64,000 nucleotides of DNA from Acidimicrobiia bacterium (GCA_022821685.1 JAJEDD010000034.1:25811-89810); one strand, 5' to 3'; positions 1 to 9,521 are shown, counted from the first letter of the stretch. Notes: a model not told the origin generated them from the sequence alone. Numbers and translations: made by a program.

Positions 1-822
1 CTTGGCGCCGGGGAAGGGCTGGGGCGAGGCGGCCATGACTTCGCCTGTCTGGAGGGCCGCCACCTCGGTGTCGGTGTCCTCGAGCGGGACCATCACCACC
101 CGGTCGACGAGCGGCATCCGATCGGTCACCCAGTAGTTGTCGTTGGGGACCAGGATGTGCTGCTGGGGGCTCCACGACTCTTGCAGCCAGGGTCCGCCCG
201 AGACGGGGATCGAGTCGTTCCAGCGGCCCGATATGTCGGTCTCGCCCTCGAATGCGTGGGCTGGCAGGATGCGCCCGAAGAGCTGGCGCCACGGCGCATA
301 CGGTTCCGAGAACGTGACGACCGCGGTGTGGGGATCGTCGTGGCCCACGTCGGTGATGAGGTCGTAGCCGATGGTGTCGAGCGAGCCCGCGGTGTCGAGC
401 CGGGCCCGCCAGGAGAACCACACGTCGCTGCTGGTGATGGGGGTGCCGTCGCTCCAGCGGGCGTCGGGATCGAGGCTGTAGGTGACGGTGAAGCCGCCGT
501 CGGGGCGAGTCTCCGCCGAGGGGGCCTCAACGAGCAGCGGCGACGCCCTGAGGTTGTTGTCCTCGTCGTACTCCATGAGCGTCGGCACCAGATGGACGAG
601 CACCGACCAGTTGAGCCAGCTCGAGTTGGCGCAGGATGTGAGCGGGTTGAGGCACTCGGGCCACTGCTCCACCGCCAGCACGATCTCGCCGCCGCCCGGC
701 TCGGGAACTGTCTCGGCTGTGACAGCAGATTCGGTGGCATCATCGCCGTCCTGGGACGCGGAGTCAGTCGCACCGCCGCACGCCGCTGCGGCCAGCGCCG
801 TCACCAGCAGCAAGGCTCGCAT
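1..822 (-). CDS. ABC transporter substrate-binding lipoprotein, family 5 (peptide/nickel type); 5' part, gene runs off left edge
   Basis: Own translation of the minus strand from ATG at 822: MRALLLLVTALAAAACGG (lipobox) ...FTVTYSLDPDARWSDGTPITSSDVWFSWRARLD... The frame is open to base 1 (822 nt = 274 codons). It is absent from the ORF track because there is no stop in the window. Paralogous to 19558..21396 and 21437..23248. Confidence 0.75.
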   Translation of the reverse strand, partial: MRALLLVTALAAAACGGATDSASQDGDDATESAVTAETVPEPGGGEIVLAVEQWPECLNPLTSCANSSWLNWSVLVHLVPTLMEYDEDNNLRASPLLVEAPSAETRPDGGFTVTYSLDPDARWSDGTPITSSDVWFSWRARLDTAGSLDTIGYDLITDVGHDDPHTAVVTFSEPYAPWRQLFGRILPAHAFEGETDISGRWNDSIPVSGGPWLQESWSPQQHILVPNDNYWVTDRMPLVDRVVMVPLEDTDTEVAALQTGEVMAASPQPFPGAK

Positions 823-828
823 GGGGCC

Positions 829-980
829 AAAGAGCGTGCACGGGTAGGTACAAGCCCGTCGCGTCGCTGCGGGGTCTTTCCCGCTCTTGTTGGCTGCGCT
901 CACGGGCCGCTCAAACCCCCACAACACAGTCCACGGTCTCACCCGTATGAGCCGGAATCGCTCGCCTGTTCGCTCGGCCC
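829..980 (+). mobile_element. MITE-like intergenic repeat, copy A (diverged, full length)
   Basis: Aligns by eye to copies C, D and E: ...gtcgcgtcgctgcggggtctttcccgctcttgttggctgcgctcacgggccgctc...acccgtatgagccggaatcgctcgcctgttcgctcggcc. Fills the gap between the MFS stop (1029) and the SBP start (822). Confidence 0.6.
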
Positions 981-1028
981 CCAAGCCCCGATTGTGCTCC
1001 GTCGGGCGCGCCTTCACCGATGGGCACA

Positions 1029-2363
1029 CTAGCCCCGGCGGGGGCGGCGCAGGAGGTTGGCCGCCATAGCGGAGGCTCGGGCCGGCCAGGGATCGAACCG
1101 GCCCTGCTCGGCGACTGGCGGCGCCGGTCGGGTGAGCATGCGCTTCACGACGTGGAGCGCGATGACCACATGGCAAACGATCAGCACCCAGAAATAGGCC
1201 GGCGGCGCGATGGCGGCCATCAGGAACCCGCCCACTGTCGGGCCGATCACGGCCCCGATCCCGCTGACTTGCACCAGCGAGGCGCTGGCCCCGGTGAGCT
1301 GCGCGGGCGAGACGCTGTCGGCGGTGGTGGCCACCGCCAGCGAATAGAGCGGGAAGGTGGCGCCGCCGTGGATGAACATCAGCAGCAGCGACAGGGCAGA
1401 TCCCACCGGAACCATCAGATGCAGCCCCGCCGAGCCGGCCGCCACGACGGCCACCACCGCGATCACATAGCGGCGAGGAACCCGATCGGAGGCGCTGCCG
1501 ACGAGCCACTGGAACACCACCGACCCCACCATCGACGACGCCACAAAGAGCGAGACCCGGGTGTTGGACAGGCCCTCGGAGGCGGCGTAGACCGCACCGA
1601 GGCCCATCAGGCAGCCATGGGATACGCCCACCCAGAACGCGGTCAGCAGCCCCAGCGGCACGATCTTGACCAGCTCGCGCAGCGAGATCGGCTCGGGCAG
1701 CACCAGCGGCGGCGCGGTGGACGCCGACAGCGCCACCGGCACCAGCGCGAACGAGATCAGCGCGGACGACACCACGAACAGCTTGAAGCCACCGGGGTCG
1801 GCGAGGTTGAGCATGAGCTGGCCCGCGCCGATCCCGCCCATGGTCACGATCATGTAGCGCGACAGCATCCGGCCCCGGGTGGCGTTGGTGGCCATGTCGT
1901 TGAGCCACGACTCGACGGTCACCAGGATCCCGGCCAGGCACAGCCCGTAGGCGAGCCTCAGCAGCGTCCACGATGCCGGGTGGACCCAGACCACGTGCAG
2001 GATGGCGGCGGCCGAGCCCACCGACGACAGCGCCGCGAACACCCGGATGTGGCCGACCGAGGCGATGAAGTGCTCGGCTGCCCTGGTCCCGAACAGGAAG
2101 CCCAGGAAGTAGCCGGCCATCACCACGCCGGTCACGGCCAGTCCGAAGTCCTCCAGTTCGGCCCGCACTCCCAGCGCGACCCGCAACAGACCGTTGCAGG
2201 CCATCACCAAGGTCACGCCGACCAGCAGCGACCGCACCGCGCCGAAGCTGTCTCCGCCCGGCTCGATCCAGGGTCCGCCCGCGAGTCCCTCGTCGCCGGA
2301 TTCGGGCCGCACCACCGCGCCGGAGGCCACGACGGGATCGTAGTTGCCGAGCCCGACCGCCAA
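1029..2363 (-). CDS. MFS transporter
   Basis: 444-aa ORF with about 12 hydrophobic spans (e.g. GIGAVIGPTVGGFLMAAIAPPAYFWVLIV). The overlapping plus-strand ORF 1020..2381 is Arg/His/Gln-rich antisense noise. Confidence 0.8.
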   Translation of the reverse strand: MAVGLGNYDPVVASGAVVRPESGDEGLAGGPWIEPGGDSFGAVRSLLVGVTLVMACNGLLRVALGVRAELEDFGLAVTGVVMAGYFLGFLFGTRAAEHFIASVGHIRVFAALSSVGSAAAILHVVWVHPASWTLLRLAYGLCLAGILVTVESWLNDMATNATRGRMLSRYMIVTMGGIGAGQLMLNLADPGGFKLFVVSSALISFALVPVALSASTAPPLVLPEPISLRELVKIVPLGLLTAFWVGVSHGCLMGLGAVYAASEGLSNTRVSLFVASSMVGSVVFQWLVGSASDRVPRRYVIAVVAVVAAGSAGLHLMVPVGSALSLLLMFIHGGATFPLYSLAVATTADSVSPAQLTGASASLVQVSGIGAVIGPTVGGFLMAAIAPPAYFWVLIVCHVVIALHVVKRMLTRPAPPVAEQGRFDPWPARASAMAANLLRRPRRG

Positions 2364-2501
2364 TCCGCAGCCCGCTCGTGACTTTGGTCACAGAGGCCGC
2401 GGTCAGCCCCGCCGGTTCGCCGGGGTCGGGTCAAGCGCGAGCGAGAGCGGCGGCGATGGCTTCAAAGCTCCGGTCGGCCGCGAGCGCCGCGATGAATTGC
2501 G

Positions 2502-3344
2502 TCAGGCGCGAGCCAGAGCGGCGGCGATGGCCTGGCGCGCCGCGATGGGGCTCTCGATCTGCATGAAGTGGCCCACCCGATCGAGGTATACGGCGGGACC
2601 GAACGCTTCGATCATGCCGGTGGCCGCCCGGTTGGGCGTCATCTTGTCCTCGCGGCCCAGCACGAGGGTGACCGGACACTGCACCCGGGCCGCGGCTGCC
2701 TCGGCGCCGTCGTAAGCGTTGCAGGCGGCCAGATCGCGGGCCAGCACTCCGTCGGGGGCCCGGTCCAGCAGCGATGTGTTGCCCCCGATCAACCACATGC
2801 CCGGCGAGGCGTGCCCGCCGGTGTGCGCTCGACTGCCGATGCCCCAAGAGGTGATGAGCTGTCCGGCTGCCGGGTCGTCGGCATCGGCGGCCGACTGCAG
2901 GGCGGGATGCACGGGCATGGCCCCGGCGGTGCCCAGCAGCACCAGCGACCGGACCACGCTGGGCCGCTGGGCGGCGGCCTCCAGCGCCACGAACGTGCCC
3001 ATCGAGTGCCCCACCAGATGGGCGGGCGCCAAGCCCAGGGCCTCGGTGGCTCCGGCCAGCCACTCGCCCATCTCGCCGATGCCGGCCAGCGCGGGGCCCT
3101 CGCTGCCGCCGTGCCCGGGCAGGTCCACCGCCGCGGCCCGGTAGCCGTGGTGCGCGATCCAGCGGGTTTGGAGCTGCCAGACCGTGCGGTCGCCGCCCGC
3201 GCCGTGCACCAGCACCACCGCGGGCTCGTCGCCGTCGATGCTGCGGCCCCCGGTGGCACAGCGCACCACCCGCCCGCCGATCAGTGTCTCCACTGTTGGC
3301 CGTTCCTTTCGGGCATCAGCCTGGTGAGCGTCTCCGAGCAGCAA
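2502..3344 (-). CDS. alpha/beta-fold hydrolase
   Basis: VVLVHGAGGDRTVWQ (HG oxyanion region) and HLVGHSMGTFVALE (GxSxG nucleophile elbow); 280 aa. Confidence 0.85.
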   Translation of the reverse strand: MLLGDAHQADARKERPTVETLIGGRVVRCATGGRSIDGDEPAVVLVHGAGGDRTVWQLQTRWIAHHGYRAAAVDLPGHGGSEGPALAGIGEMGEWLAGATEALGLAPAHLVGHSMGTFVALEAAAQRPSVVRSLVLLGTAGAMPVHPALQSAADADDPAAGQLITSWGIGSRAHTGGHASPGMWLIGGNTSLLDRAPDGVLARDLAACNAYDGAEAAAARVQCPVTLVLGREDKMTPNRAATGMIEAFGPAVYLDRVGHFMQIESPIAARQAIAAALARA

Positions 3345-3395
3345 CTCGGGGTCATCGGGTGGTGTGCGCCCATAGGACTTGTGCGGAGGCCCTCG

Positions 3396-4688
3396 TCAGC
3401 GCTGCGAGGCCTTCAGGGCCCGCTCCAAGTCCTCGATGATGTCGCGGGGATCCTCCAGCCCGACCGAGAGCCGCACCAGGTCCTCGCCCACCCCGGCCGC
3501 GGCCAGATCGGCGGCCGACATCTGCTGGTGGGTGGTGCTGGCCGGGTGGATCACCAGCGTCTTGGCGTCGCCCACGTTGGCCAGATGGGAGGCCAGGCGG
3601 ACCGCAGCTATGAACTTGGCCCCCGCGTCGCGGCCCCCGGCGATGCCGAAGCTCAAGATGGCCCCGGTCCCCCTCGGGTAGAGCCGGCCGGCCAGGCCAT
3701 AGTCGGGATGGTCGGGCATGGACGGGTACTTGACCCAGGTCACTGCGTCGTTGGCGTCCAGCGCCTCAACCACCGCCTCGGTGTTGGACACGTGGCGCTG
3801 CATCCTCAGCGGCAGCGTCTCGACGCCCTGAAGGATCTGGAAGGCGTTGGCCGGGCTCATGCAGGCGCCGAAGTCGCGCAGCCCCTCGGCCCGGGCCCGG
3901 CTGATGAAGGCGCTGGGGCCGAACTCGTCGCTGAAGCTGATGCCGTGGTAGCCGGCGTAGGGCTCGGTGATGGTTCCGAACAGCCCCGAGGCGTCCCAGT
4001 CGAAGTGGCCGCCGTCTACGAGCATGCCGCCGAGGGCCACCCCGTGGCCGCCCAGGAACTTGGTGGCCGAGTGCATCACAATGTCGGCGCCGTGCTCGAA
4101 GGGCCGGATCAGGTAGGGGGTGGAGAAGGTGGCGTCCACCATCAGCGGCAGGCGGTGCCGGTGGGCGACGTCGGCCACCGCGGCGATGTCGAGGACCTCG
4201 ATGCCGGGATTGCCGAGGGTCTCGGCGAAGACGAGGCGGGTCTTGCCGCCGATGGCGGCCTCGAACTCATCGGGCCGGCGGGGGTCCACGAGCGTGGCGG
4301 TGATGCCGAACCGGGGCAGGGTCAGGTTGAGCATGTTGTGGGTGCCGCCGTAGATGTTGCGACTGGCCACGATGTGTCCGCCGGTGTCCATCAGGGTGGC
4401 CACGGCCAGGAAGAAGGCGGCCTGCCCGCTGGCGGTGGCCACCGCGCCCACCCCGCCCTCGAGCGCCGCCACCCGCTCCTCGAGCACGGCCACGGTGGGA
4501 TTGGAGATCCGGGAATAGATGTGGCCGGGGATCTCGAGGTTGAACAGCCCGGCCGCGTGGTCGGTGTCCTCGAAGGAGTATGAGGTGGTGAAGTAGATGG
4601 GCACGGCCCTGGCCCCGGTGGCGGGGTCGCTGTGCTGGCCGGCGTGGAGGCTGAGGGTGTCGAAGCGAAGAAAGTCAGGCTCTACCAC
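3396..4688 (-). CDS. metY: O-acetylhomoserine/O-acetylserine sulfhydrylase (PLP-dependent, Cys/Met metabolism family)
   Basis: [10 protein letters not shown]..., [28 protein letters not shown] (PLP-lysine region); 430 aa; GTG start at 4688. Confidence 0.9.
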   Translation of the reverse strand: MVEPDFLRFDTLSLHAGQHSDPATGARAVPIYFTTSYSFEDTDHAAGLFNLEIPGHIYSRISNPTVAVLEERVAALEGGVGAVATASGQAAFFLAVATLMDTGGHIVASRNIYGGTHNMLNLTLPRFGITATLVDPRRPDEFEAAIGGKTRLVFAETLGNPGIEVLDIAAVADVAHRHRLPLMVDATFSTPYLIRPFEHGADIVMHSATKFLGGHGVALGGMLVDGGHFDWDASGLFGTITEPYAGYHGISFSDEFGPSAFISRARAEGLRDFGACMSPANAFQILQGVETLPLRMQRHVSNTEAVVEALDANDAVTWVKYPSMPDHPDYGLAGRLYPRGTGAILSFGIAGGRDAGAKFIAAVRLASHLANVGDAKTLVIHPASTTHQQMSAADLAAAGVGEDLVRLSVGLEDPRDIIEDLERALKASQR

Positions 4689-4699
4689 ACCGGCGAGCC

Positions 4700-4774
4700 T
4701 AGAGGCCGAGCGGCGGGGAGCGACCCGTGAGCGACCTCGCGGGAACAGCGGGGCCCTGGGCCGCGCTGCGGCGG
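4700..4774 (-). mobile_element. degenerate, internally deleted MITE-like copy H
   Basis: Minus strand reads cgcagcgcgg...ccccgctgttcccgcgaggtcgctcacgggtcgctccccgccgctcggcctcta. This matches the core (cgctcacggg) and the 3' terminus (cgctcggcctcta) of the repeat family. It ends 12 nt before the metY start. Confidence 0.4.
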
Positions 4775-4829
4775 TTTGGGCGGCCGGCGAGCGCAGCCGG
4801 CAGGCGCCGGATGTGCATGGGGCGACGCG

Positions 4830-4882
4830 TCGAGGCCCTCGCCGTATCGGCTGGGGGATTGCCGATACCGGCGGGGCCTCGA
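4830..4882 (-). other. long imperfect hairpin in the metY upstream region
   Basis: tcgaggccc tcgccgtatcggc tgggggatt gccgataccggcg gggcctcga. The outer stem is 9 bp perfect and the inner stem about 12 bp with one bulge. A second small hairpin gaggggcttcacccctc lies at 4891..4907. Confidence 0.5.
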
Positions 4883-4935
4883 GATCAGATGAGGGGCTTC
4901 ACCCCTCTTCGGAGTCGTCGTGGGCGACTACTGCG

Positions 4936-5085
4936 TCAGCGGCTGGTCCGGTAGGGGCGGGCGGCGGCATCGCCGGTGACCCGCAACAGGCTCTCGGCTG
5001 CGCCCACGGCATAGCCGGGCCCCAGCGCGTCGCGCCACACAGAGTTGGCGCCGACTCTGGCGTTGCTCAGGGGAATGGAACGCAT
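4936..5085 (-). CDS. small ORF (49 codons) with a strong Shine-Dalgarno; hypothetical
   Basis: Minus strand reads aaAGGAGGactgcaaATG. This is one of the best SDs I noticed in the window. Product: MRSIPLSNARVGANSVWRDALGPGYAVGAAESLLRVTGDAAARPYRTSR. No family recognised. Confidence 0.3.
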   Translation of the reverse strand: MRSIPLSNARVGANSVWRDALGPGYAVGAAESLLRVTGDAAARPYRTSR

Positions 5086-5134
5086 TTGCAGTCCTCCTTT
5101 GCGCTGTGTGCGCCGCGTCTCGGCGCTAACCGAG

Positions 5135-5163
5135 ATTGTCTCGGCCACGGGGGTGAATTGCAA
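5135..5163 (-). promoter_or_regulatory. candidate sigma-70-type promoter (TTGCAA-17 nt-GACAAT) upstream of the small ORF and metY
   Basis: Minus strand reads ccTTGCAAttcacccccgtggccgaGACAATctcgg. The hexamers have a 17-nt spacer and lie about 50 nt upstream of the ATG at 5085. Confidence 0.3.
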
Positions 5164-5195
5164 GGAATTGGAGGTCAGAGTGGGTGTGATATCGG

Positions 5196-6914
5196 TCACA
5201 CCCGGTAGAAGTCCACCGGCTCGGGGGCTGGCGGGGTGTTGCCCAGGATCAGGTCGGCGGCCTTCTCGGCTAGCATCATCACCGGCGCGTAGATGTTGCC
5301 GTTGGTCACATACGGCATCGACGAGGCGTCCACCACCCGCAGGCCGGTGGTGCCGTGGACCTCGAGCGAGTCCGGGTGCAGCGCCGAGTCGTCGCCGAGG
5401 CCCATGCGGGCGGTGCACGACGGGTGCAGGGCGGTCTCGGCGTCGCGCCGCACCCAGTCGAGGATCTCCTCGTCGGTGCTCACTTCGGGCCCGGGCGAGA
5501 CCTCGCCGCCGTTGAACGGGTCCATGGCCGGCTGGGTGAGGATGCGGCGGGCGTGGCGGACGGCCTCCACCCATTCGCGGCGGTCTTCGTCGGTGGACAG
5601 ATAGTTGAAGCGCAGGGCGGGCTTGGTCCGGGGATCGGCCGACACGATGGCCACCGTCCCCCGCGAGTTGCTGTACATCGGCCCGACGTGCACCTGGTAG
5701 CCGTGGCCGCCGGCGGGCGTCGAGCCGTCGTAGCGGATGGCGATGGGCAGGAAGTGGAACATGAGGTTGGGGTAGGCCACGTCGTCGTTGCTGCGGATGA
5801 AGCCGCCCGCCTCGAAGTGGTTGGTGGCGGCCGGGCCGCGCCGGGCCAGCCACTGCAGCCCGATCCAGGGACGGCGCCACTTGGCCAGGTTGGGCTGCAT
5901 CGACACCGGCTGCTTGCAGGCGTACTGGACGTACACCTCCAGGTGGTCCTGCATGTTGGCGCCGACCGCGGGCACGTCGGCCACCACGTCGATGCCGTGG
6001 CGGTGCAGCAGGCCGGCTGGGCCGACGCCGCTGAGCTGCAGAAGCTGCGGCGAGTTGATGGCGCCGCCGCAGCAGATCACCTCGCCGGCTCGCACCGTGC
6101 GGCCGCGGCCGGCCTTGGTGTAGGCCGCCCCCACCGCCCGGTTGGCCTCGAAGAGGATCCTGGTGGTGAGGGCCCGGGTGACGAGGGTGAGGTTGGGCCG
6201 GTCGAGCACCGGGTGCAGGTAGGCCCGCGACGCGCTGAGGCGCCGGCCCCGGTGGACGTTGCGGTCGAAGGCGGCGAAACCCTCCTGGCGGTAGCCGTTC
6301 ACGTCGGCGGTGCGGGGATGGCCGGCCTGCTCGGTGGCGGCCAGGAAGGCCTCGAACAGCGGGTTGGTGGCCGGGCCCCGCTCCAGCACCAGCGGCCCCC
6401 GGTCGCCCCGGTAGACGCCGCTGGCGTTGGCGCGGCTGCTGTCCGCGTCGGCGCCATCATCGGCTCGGGCATCGCGGTCGGGGCGGCTCGGGTCGTCGCC
6501 GGCCAGGCAGAGCTCCATGCGCTTGAAGTAGGGCAGGCAGTGGGCGTAGTCCCAGCGCTGCATCCCCGCATCGGCGGCCCAGCGCTCGTAGTCGAGAGGA
6601 TTGCCCCGCTGGAAGATCATGCCGTTGATGCTCGATGATCCGCCCAGCACCTTGCCGCGGGCGTGGTAGACGCGGCGACCGCCCATGTGGGGCTCGGGCT
6701 CGGAGGTGTACTGCCAGTCGTAGAAGCGGTTGCCGATGGGAAACGACAGGGCCGCCGGCATATGGATGTACACGTCGAAGCGCCAGTCCCGCCGGCCTGC
6801 CTCCAGCACCAGCACCGAGGTTTCCGGATCGGCGCTGAGCCGGTTGGCGAGGGCGCAGCCGGCCGAGCCCCCGCCCACGATCACATAGTCGTAGTGGCGT
6901 TCTGGGTCTGCCAT
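5196..6914 (-). CDS. GMC-family FAD oxidoreductase (choline-dehydrogenase-like)
   Basis: [21 protein letters not shown] (FAD GxGxxG) and [21 protein letters not shown]. The ORF track extends to 7088. I place the start at ATG 6914 ([11 protein letters not shown]) because the upstream 57 codons have no family signal and run into the divergent GFA gene. Confidence 0.85.
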   Translation of the reverse strand: MADPERHYDYVIVGGGSAGCALANRLSADPETSVLVLEAGRRDWRFDVYIHMPAALSFPIGNRFYDWQYTSEPEPHMGGRRVYHARGKVLGGSSSINGMIFQRGNPLDYERWAADAGMQRWDYAHCLPYFKRMELCLAGDDPSRPDRDARADDGADADSSRANASGVYRGDRGPLVLERGPATNPLFEAFLAATEQAGHPRTADVNGYRQEGFAAFDRNVHRGRRLSASRAYLHPVLDRPNLTLVTRALTTRILFEANRAVGAAYTKAGRGRTVRAGEVICCGGAINSPQLLQLSGVGPAGLLHRHGIDVVADVPAVGANMQDHLEVYVQYACKQPVSMQPNLAKWRRPWIGLQWLARRGPAATNHFEAGGFIRSNDDVAYPNLMFHFLPIAIRYDGSTPAGGHGYQVHVGPMYSNSRGTVAIVSADPRTKPALRFNYLSTDEDRREWVEAVRHARRILTQPAMDPFNGGEVSPGPEVSTDEEILDWVRRDAETALHPSCTARMGLGDDSALHPDSLEVHGTTGLRVVDASSMPYVTNGNIYAPVMMLAEKAADLILGNTPPAPEPVDFYRV

Positions 6915-7086
6915 GGTCACGCCATCGTCGGAAGCGGCCACCGGGACATCCGGGGCCCGCGGTCGTAGCAGCGTTCGCGCTCTGCCATGATCACCCTCCG
7001 GAACTTGGGCCGGGAGCGTAGGAGCCCCGGGCCGTGCAACAATCGCGACCCTACCGCTGCCGATCACAGAACAGTGAGGCGCTGGC

Positions 7087-7524
7087 ATGAGCGAGAACCC
7101 CCGGTTGGAGCCAGACTCGCCGCCCTCGGGCCACTGCCTGTGCGGCGCGGTGAGCTACGAGGTGCACGGCCCGATCCGCCAGGTCTGGAACTGCCATTGC
7201 TGGCGCTGCCGCCGCTGGACCGGCCACTACATGGCCGGGTCGGGATGCAAGCGCTCCGACTTGAGGCTCCTGTCCGACGCCAGCCTCACATGGCACCACC
7301 CCGCCGACGATCCCAACGTGGCCTACGGCTTCTGCCGAGAATGCGGGAGCTCGCTGTTCTGGCAGGTAGCGGAGGGCCCACCTCGCCAGACCGACCACAT
7401 CGCCATATGCGCCGGCACCATGGACCTGCCCACCGGCCTGCACACCGAGTGGGCTATCTTCGTAGACGACGCCGCCGACTACCACACCCTCGACCCAAGC
7501 ATCGAATCCCACCACCGCGAATAG
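7087..7524 (+). CDS. GFA (glutathione-dependent formaldehyde-activating / CENP-V-like) family protein
   Basis: Cys-rich Zn motifs: [35 protein letters not shown]. Confidence 0.8.
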   Translation: MSENPRLEPDSPPSGHCLCGAVSYEVHGPIRQVWNCHCWRCRRWTGHYMAGSGCKRSDLRLLSDASLTWHHPADDPNVAYGFCRECGSSLFWQVAEGPPRQTDHIAICAGTMDLPTGLHTEWAIFVDDAADYHTLDPSIESHHRE

Positions 7525-7531
7525 CCAGTCC

Positions 7532-7561
7532 AGTCGGTCGACGACGCGACGCCGACCGACT
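7532..7561. terminator. hairpin between convergent genes (candidate bidirectional terminator)
   Basis: agtcggtcg-12 nt-cgaccgact, a 9-bp perfect stem between stop 7524 (+) and stop 7574 (-). No U-tract. Confidence 0.35.
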
Positions 7562-7573
7562 CGCGACCCAGCA

Positions 7574-9475
7574 CTACAGGGGCGACATCGTGACGAACAG
7601 CGGCTGCTGTTCGGCAGTGCTCGCCGGTGACTGGGGCGATTCCGCTGACGGTGCTTGGGTGGCCTCAAGAAGTGCCTCGACGTCTTCAAGGCTGGACACA
7701 GGCAGGGCGCCTCGCTGCTGAAGGGGATCGTTGCCAGGACCTTCCCCGTCGCCTCGCCACACGGCGACCGGCCCGTAGCCGTGCTTGAGGGCTTCGACGG
7801 CGCCCGACCATGTACCCCCAGTCCCATCGTCGCTCGCTACAACCACCGTGAGCGCAGCCTGCGCATAGATGAGCTTGTTGCGACCCATGGCGTTGCCCGC
7901 GCTGAAGGGGGCACTGGGACTGTAGGGCGTGCACATGACCGTGCTGCCCTCGTACACGGCCCTCCGCACGTCGGGGCTCTTCAACTTGCGCGACAGCGCT
8001 TCGGCCAGCATGCCGACAACGGCTCCTCCGGCTTCGAAGGCGGCATCCATGGCGAGTTGGTCGACGCCTCGAGCACCGCCCGACGTGAGTGGCAGACCCC
8101 GACGTGCCGCGAGCCGAGCAACCTCTCTGGCAACCTCGCCCCCTGCTTGGGACACGTCGCGGCTCCCGACCACACCCAGCCCGGGCGCGTCGAGCAGTTC
8201 GAGCGCGCCAGCGGCGTGCACCAGCGGCGGGGCCTTGGCACGGAGCCGGTCTAGCCACGTACGCGGGTAGTGCTGATCGAACGCCGTGAGCGTCTTGATG
8301 CCTGACTGCTCCAACCGGTCTAGCTCGAAGGCAACCGCCGTGGCGCGGTCCATGAGCTCAGCAATGCGCTCGCCAAGATCCTCGGGCAGACCATGATCTC
8401 GCATGAGTTGATCCGCGCTCTGTCCGAGTAGCGGTCCTGGGTCCGCCTGTTGCCGTCCATCAGCGCGGATGAAATCGCGCAGGCTCCAGTACTCGGACGC
8501 CTTGAGTGGTCGCACCCCGTCAGCGCAGAGACGGCTTACGAGCAAGATCGTGGCCAGGGAGTCGTCGTGTCTCAACTGCCCGACCTCCCGACTGTGTCCG
8601 CCAAGGCGAACGGGAGAGATGCCTTGCGTCTGGAGCCAGCCCGAGACCCGCTCGGTGTCCGCGACCGTGAGGCAGTAGACGATGCCAGTGCCGGGCAACT
8701 CGTTGATCGCCGAGGCGAGCCACACGAGCCGTTCCGCCTGAATCGGCTTGTCCAGCGCGTGGAGCCGCAGGCCGCGGCGAGCAAGAGGGCCCCTCACTGG
8801 CACGAAGTCGGCTCCGAGTTGGGCAGTCACGTCATCCACCACCCGATCATTGGCAGTGGCGGTACAGCACAGCACTGGCACGCCGGTTGGCAGCAGATCG
8901 AGCACCCGCGCCAGCCGCCGATAATCGGGTCTGAAGTCATGGCCCCAGTCAGAAATGCAGTGGGCCTCATCGATCACGAGTAGTCCGCTTCTCCGGCCGA
9001 CGATGGGTAGCACCTCATCGCGGAATTGCCGGTTCGCCAGTCGCTCAGGCGAGATCAGCAGCACGTCAACCTCGTCGTCGTTGATCCGACCTTCAACCTC
9101 GCTCCACTCTTCCTTGTTGGAGCTATTGATGGTCTCGGCACGGACGCCCAGCCGTTCAGCAGCTTCAATCTGGTTGCGCATGAGCGCAAGCAGCGGCGAC
9201 ACGAGCAGCGTCGGCCCAAGCCCCTGGTCCCGGAGCAGCCGAGTGGCGATGAAGTACACCGCGCTCTTGCCCCAGCCGGTCCGTTGCACCAGCAGCACCC
9301 GGCCCCGATCACCGGCCAACGCCAGGATCGCTTCGAGTTGGTCAGTCCGGAACTGGGCCGCGAGATCGCCGGTCAGCCGCTGGAGCAGCCCCAACGCCTC
9401 ATTCGCAAGCTCAGATTCGGAGCTCATCGGGCCCGGACTGTACGCACCGCCTGTGACAACGCTGCGCCCCCACAT
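7574..9475 (-). CDS. chimeric ORF: RecQ-like helicase N-terminal lobe fused to a complete DprA/Smf-like DNA-processing domain
   Basis: N-terminal half: QRTGWGKSAVYF (motif I), VIDEAHCISDWGHDFRPDYRRL (DEAH), CCTATA (III), GIVYCLTVADTERVSGWLQTQGIS (IV). There it stops resembling RecQ, with no YHAG or motifs V/VI in any frame. C-terminal half: DQHYPRTWL, GVVGSRDVS, LTSGGARGVDQLAMDAA, FSAGNAMGRNKLIY (DprA Rossmann fold). Confidence 0.7.
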   Translation of the reverse strand: MWGRSVVTGGAYSPGPMSSESELANEALGLLQRLTGDLAAQFRTDQLEAILALAGDRGRVLLVQRTGWGKSAVYFIATRLLRDQGLGPTLLVSPLLALMRNQIEAAERLGVRAETINSSNKEEWSEVEGRINDDEVDVLLISPERLANRQFRDEVLPIVGRRSGLLVIDEAHCISDWGHDFRPDYRRLARVLDLLPTGVPVLCCTATANDRVVDDVTAQLGADFVPVRGPLARRGLRLHALDKPIQAERLVWLASAINELPGTGIVYCLTVADTERVSGWLQTQGISPVRLGGHSREVGQLRHDDSLATILLVSRLCADGVRPLKASEYWSLRDFIRADGRQQADPGPLLGQSADQLMRDHGLPEDLGERIAELMDRATAVAFELDRLEQSGIKTLTAFDQHYPRTWLDRLRAKAPPLVHAAGALELLDAPGLGVVGSRDVSQAGGEVAREVARLAARRGLPLTSGGARGVDQLAMDAAFEAGGAVVGMLAEALSRKLKSPDVRRAVYEGSTVMCTPYSPSAPFSAGNAMGRNKLIYAQAALTVVVASDDGTGGTWSGAVEALKHGYGPVAVWRGDGEGPGNDPLQQRGALPVSSLEDVEALLEATQAPSAESPQSPASTAEQQPLFVTMSPL

Positions 9476-9491
9476 CCTCTGTCGTCTGGTT

Positions 9492-9511
9492 TATCCAATA
9501 TAAATTGGATA
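9492..9511. promoter_or_regulatory. palindromic operator candidate in an AT-rich divergent promoter
   Basis: TATCCAAT-ataa-ATTGGATA, perfect 8-bp arms, between the RecQ::DprA start (9475, -) and the HTH gene start (9522, +). Confidence 0.5.
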
Positions 9512-9521
9512 CCGTGAACGA

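Noticed and set aside
4689-4935. SAM riboswitch (SAM-I or SAM-IV) expected upstream of metY.
   Set aside because: The only GGCAA(U)CC-like string sits in the apical loop of a long, nearly perfect hairpin rather than in a multi-helix junction. I could not find the GAGGGA/kink-turn or the GGUGC elements. This needs Infernal to settle, so it is not called.
6915-7088. Upstream 58 codons of the GMC oxidoreductase ORF (track start 7088).
   Set aside because: There is no family similarity. The FAD-binding betaalphabeta fold begins at [10 protein letters not shown], immediately after the Met at 6914. The extension would also overlap the divergent GFA gene start.
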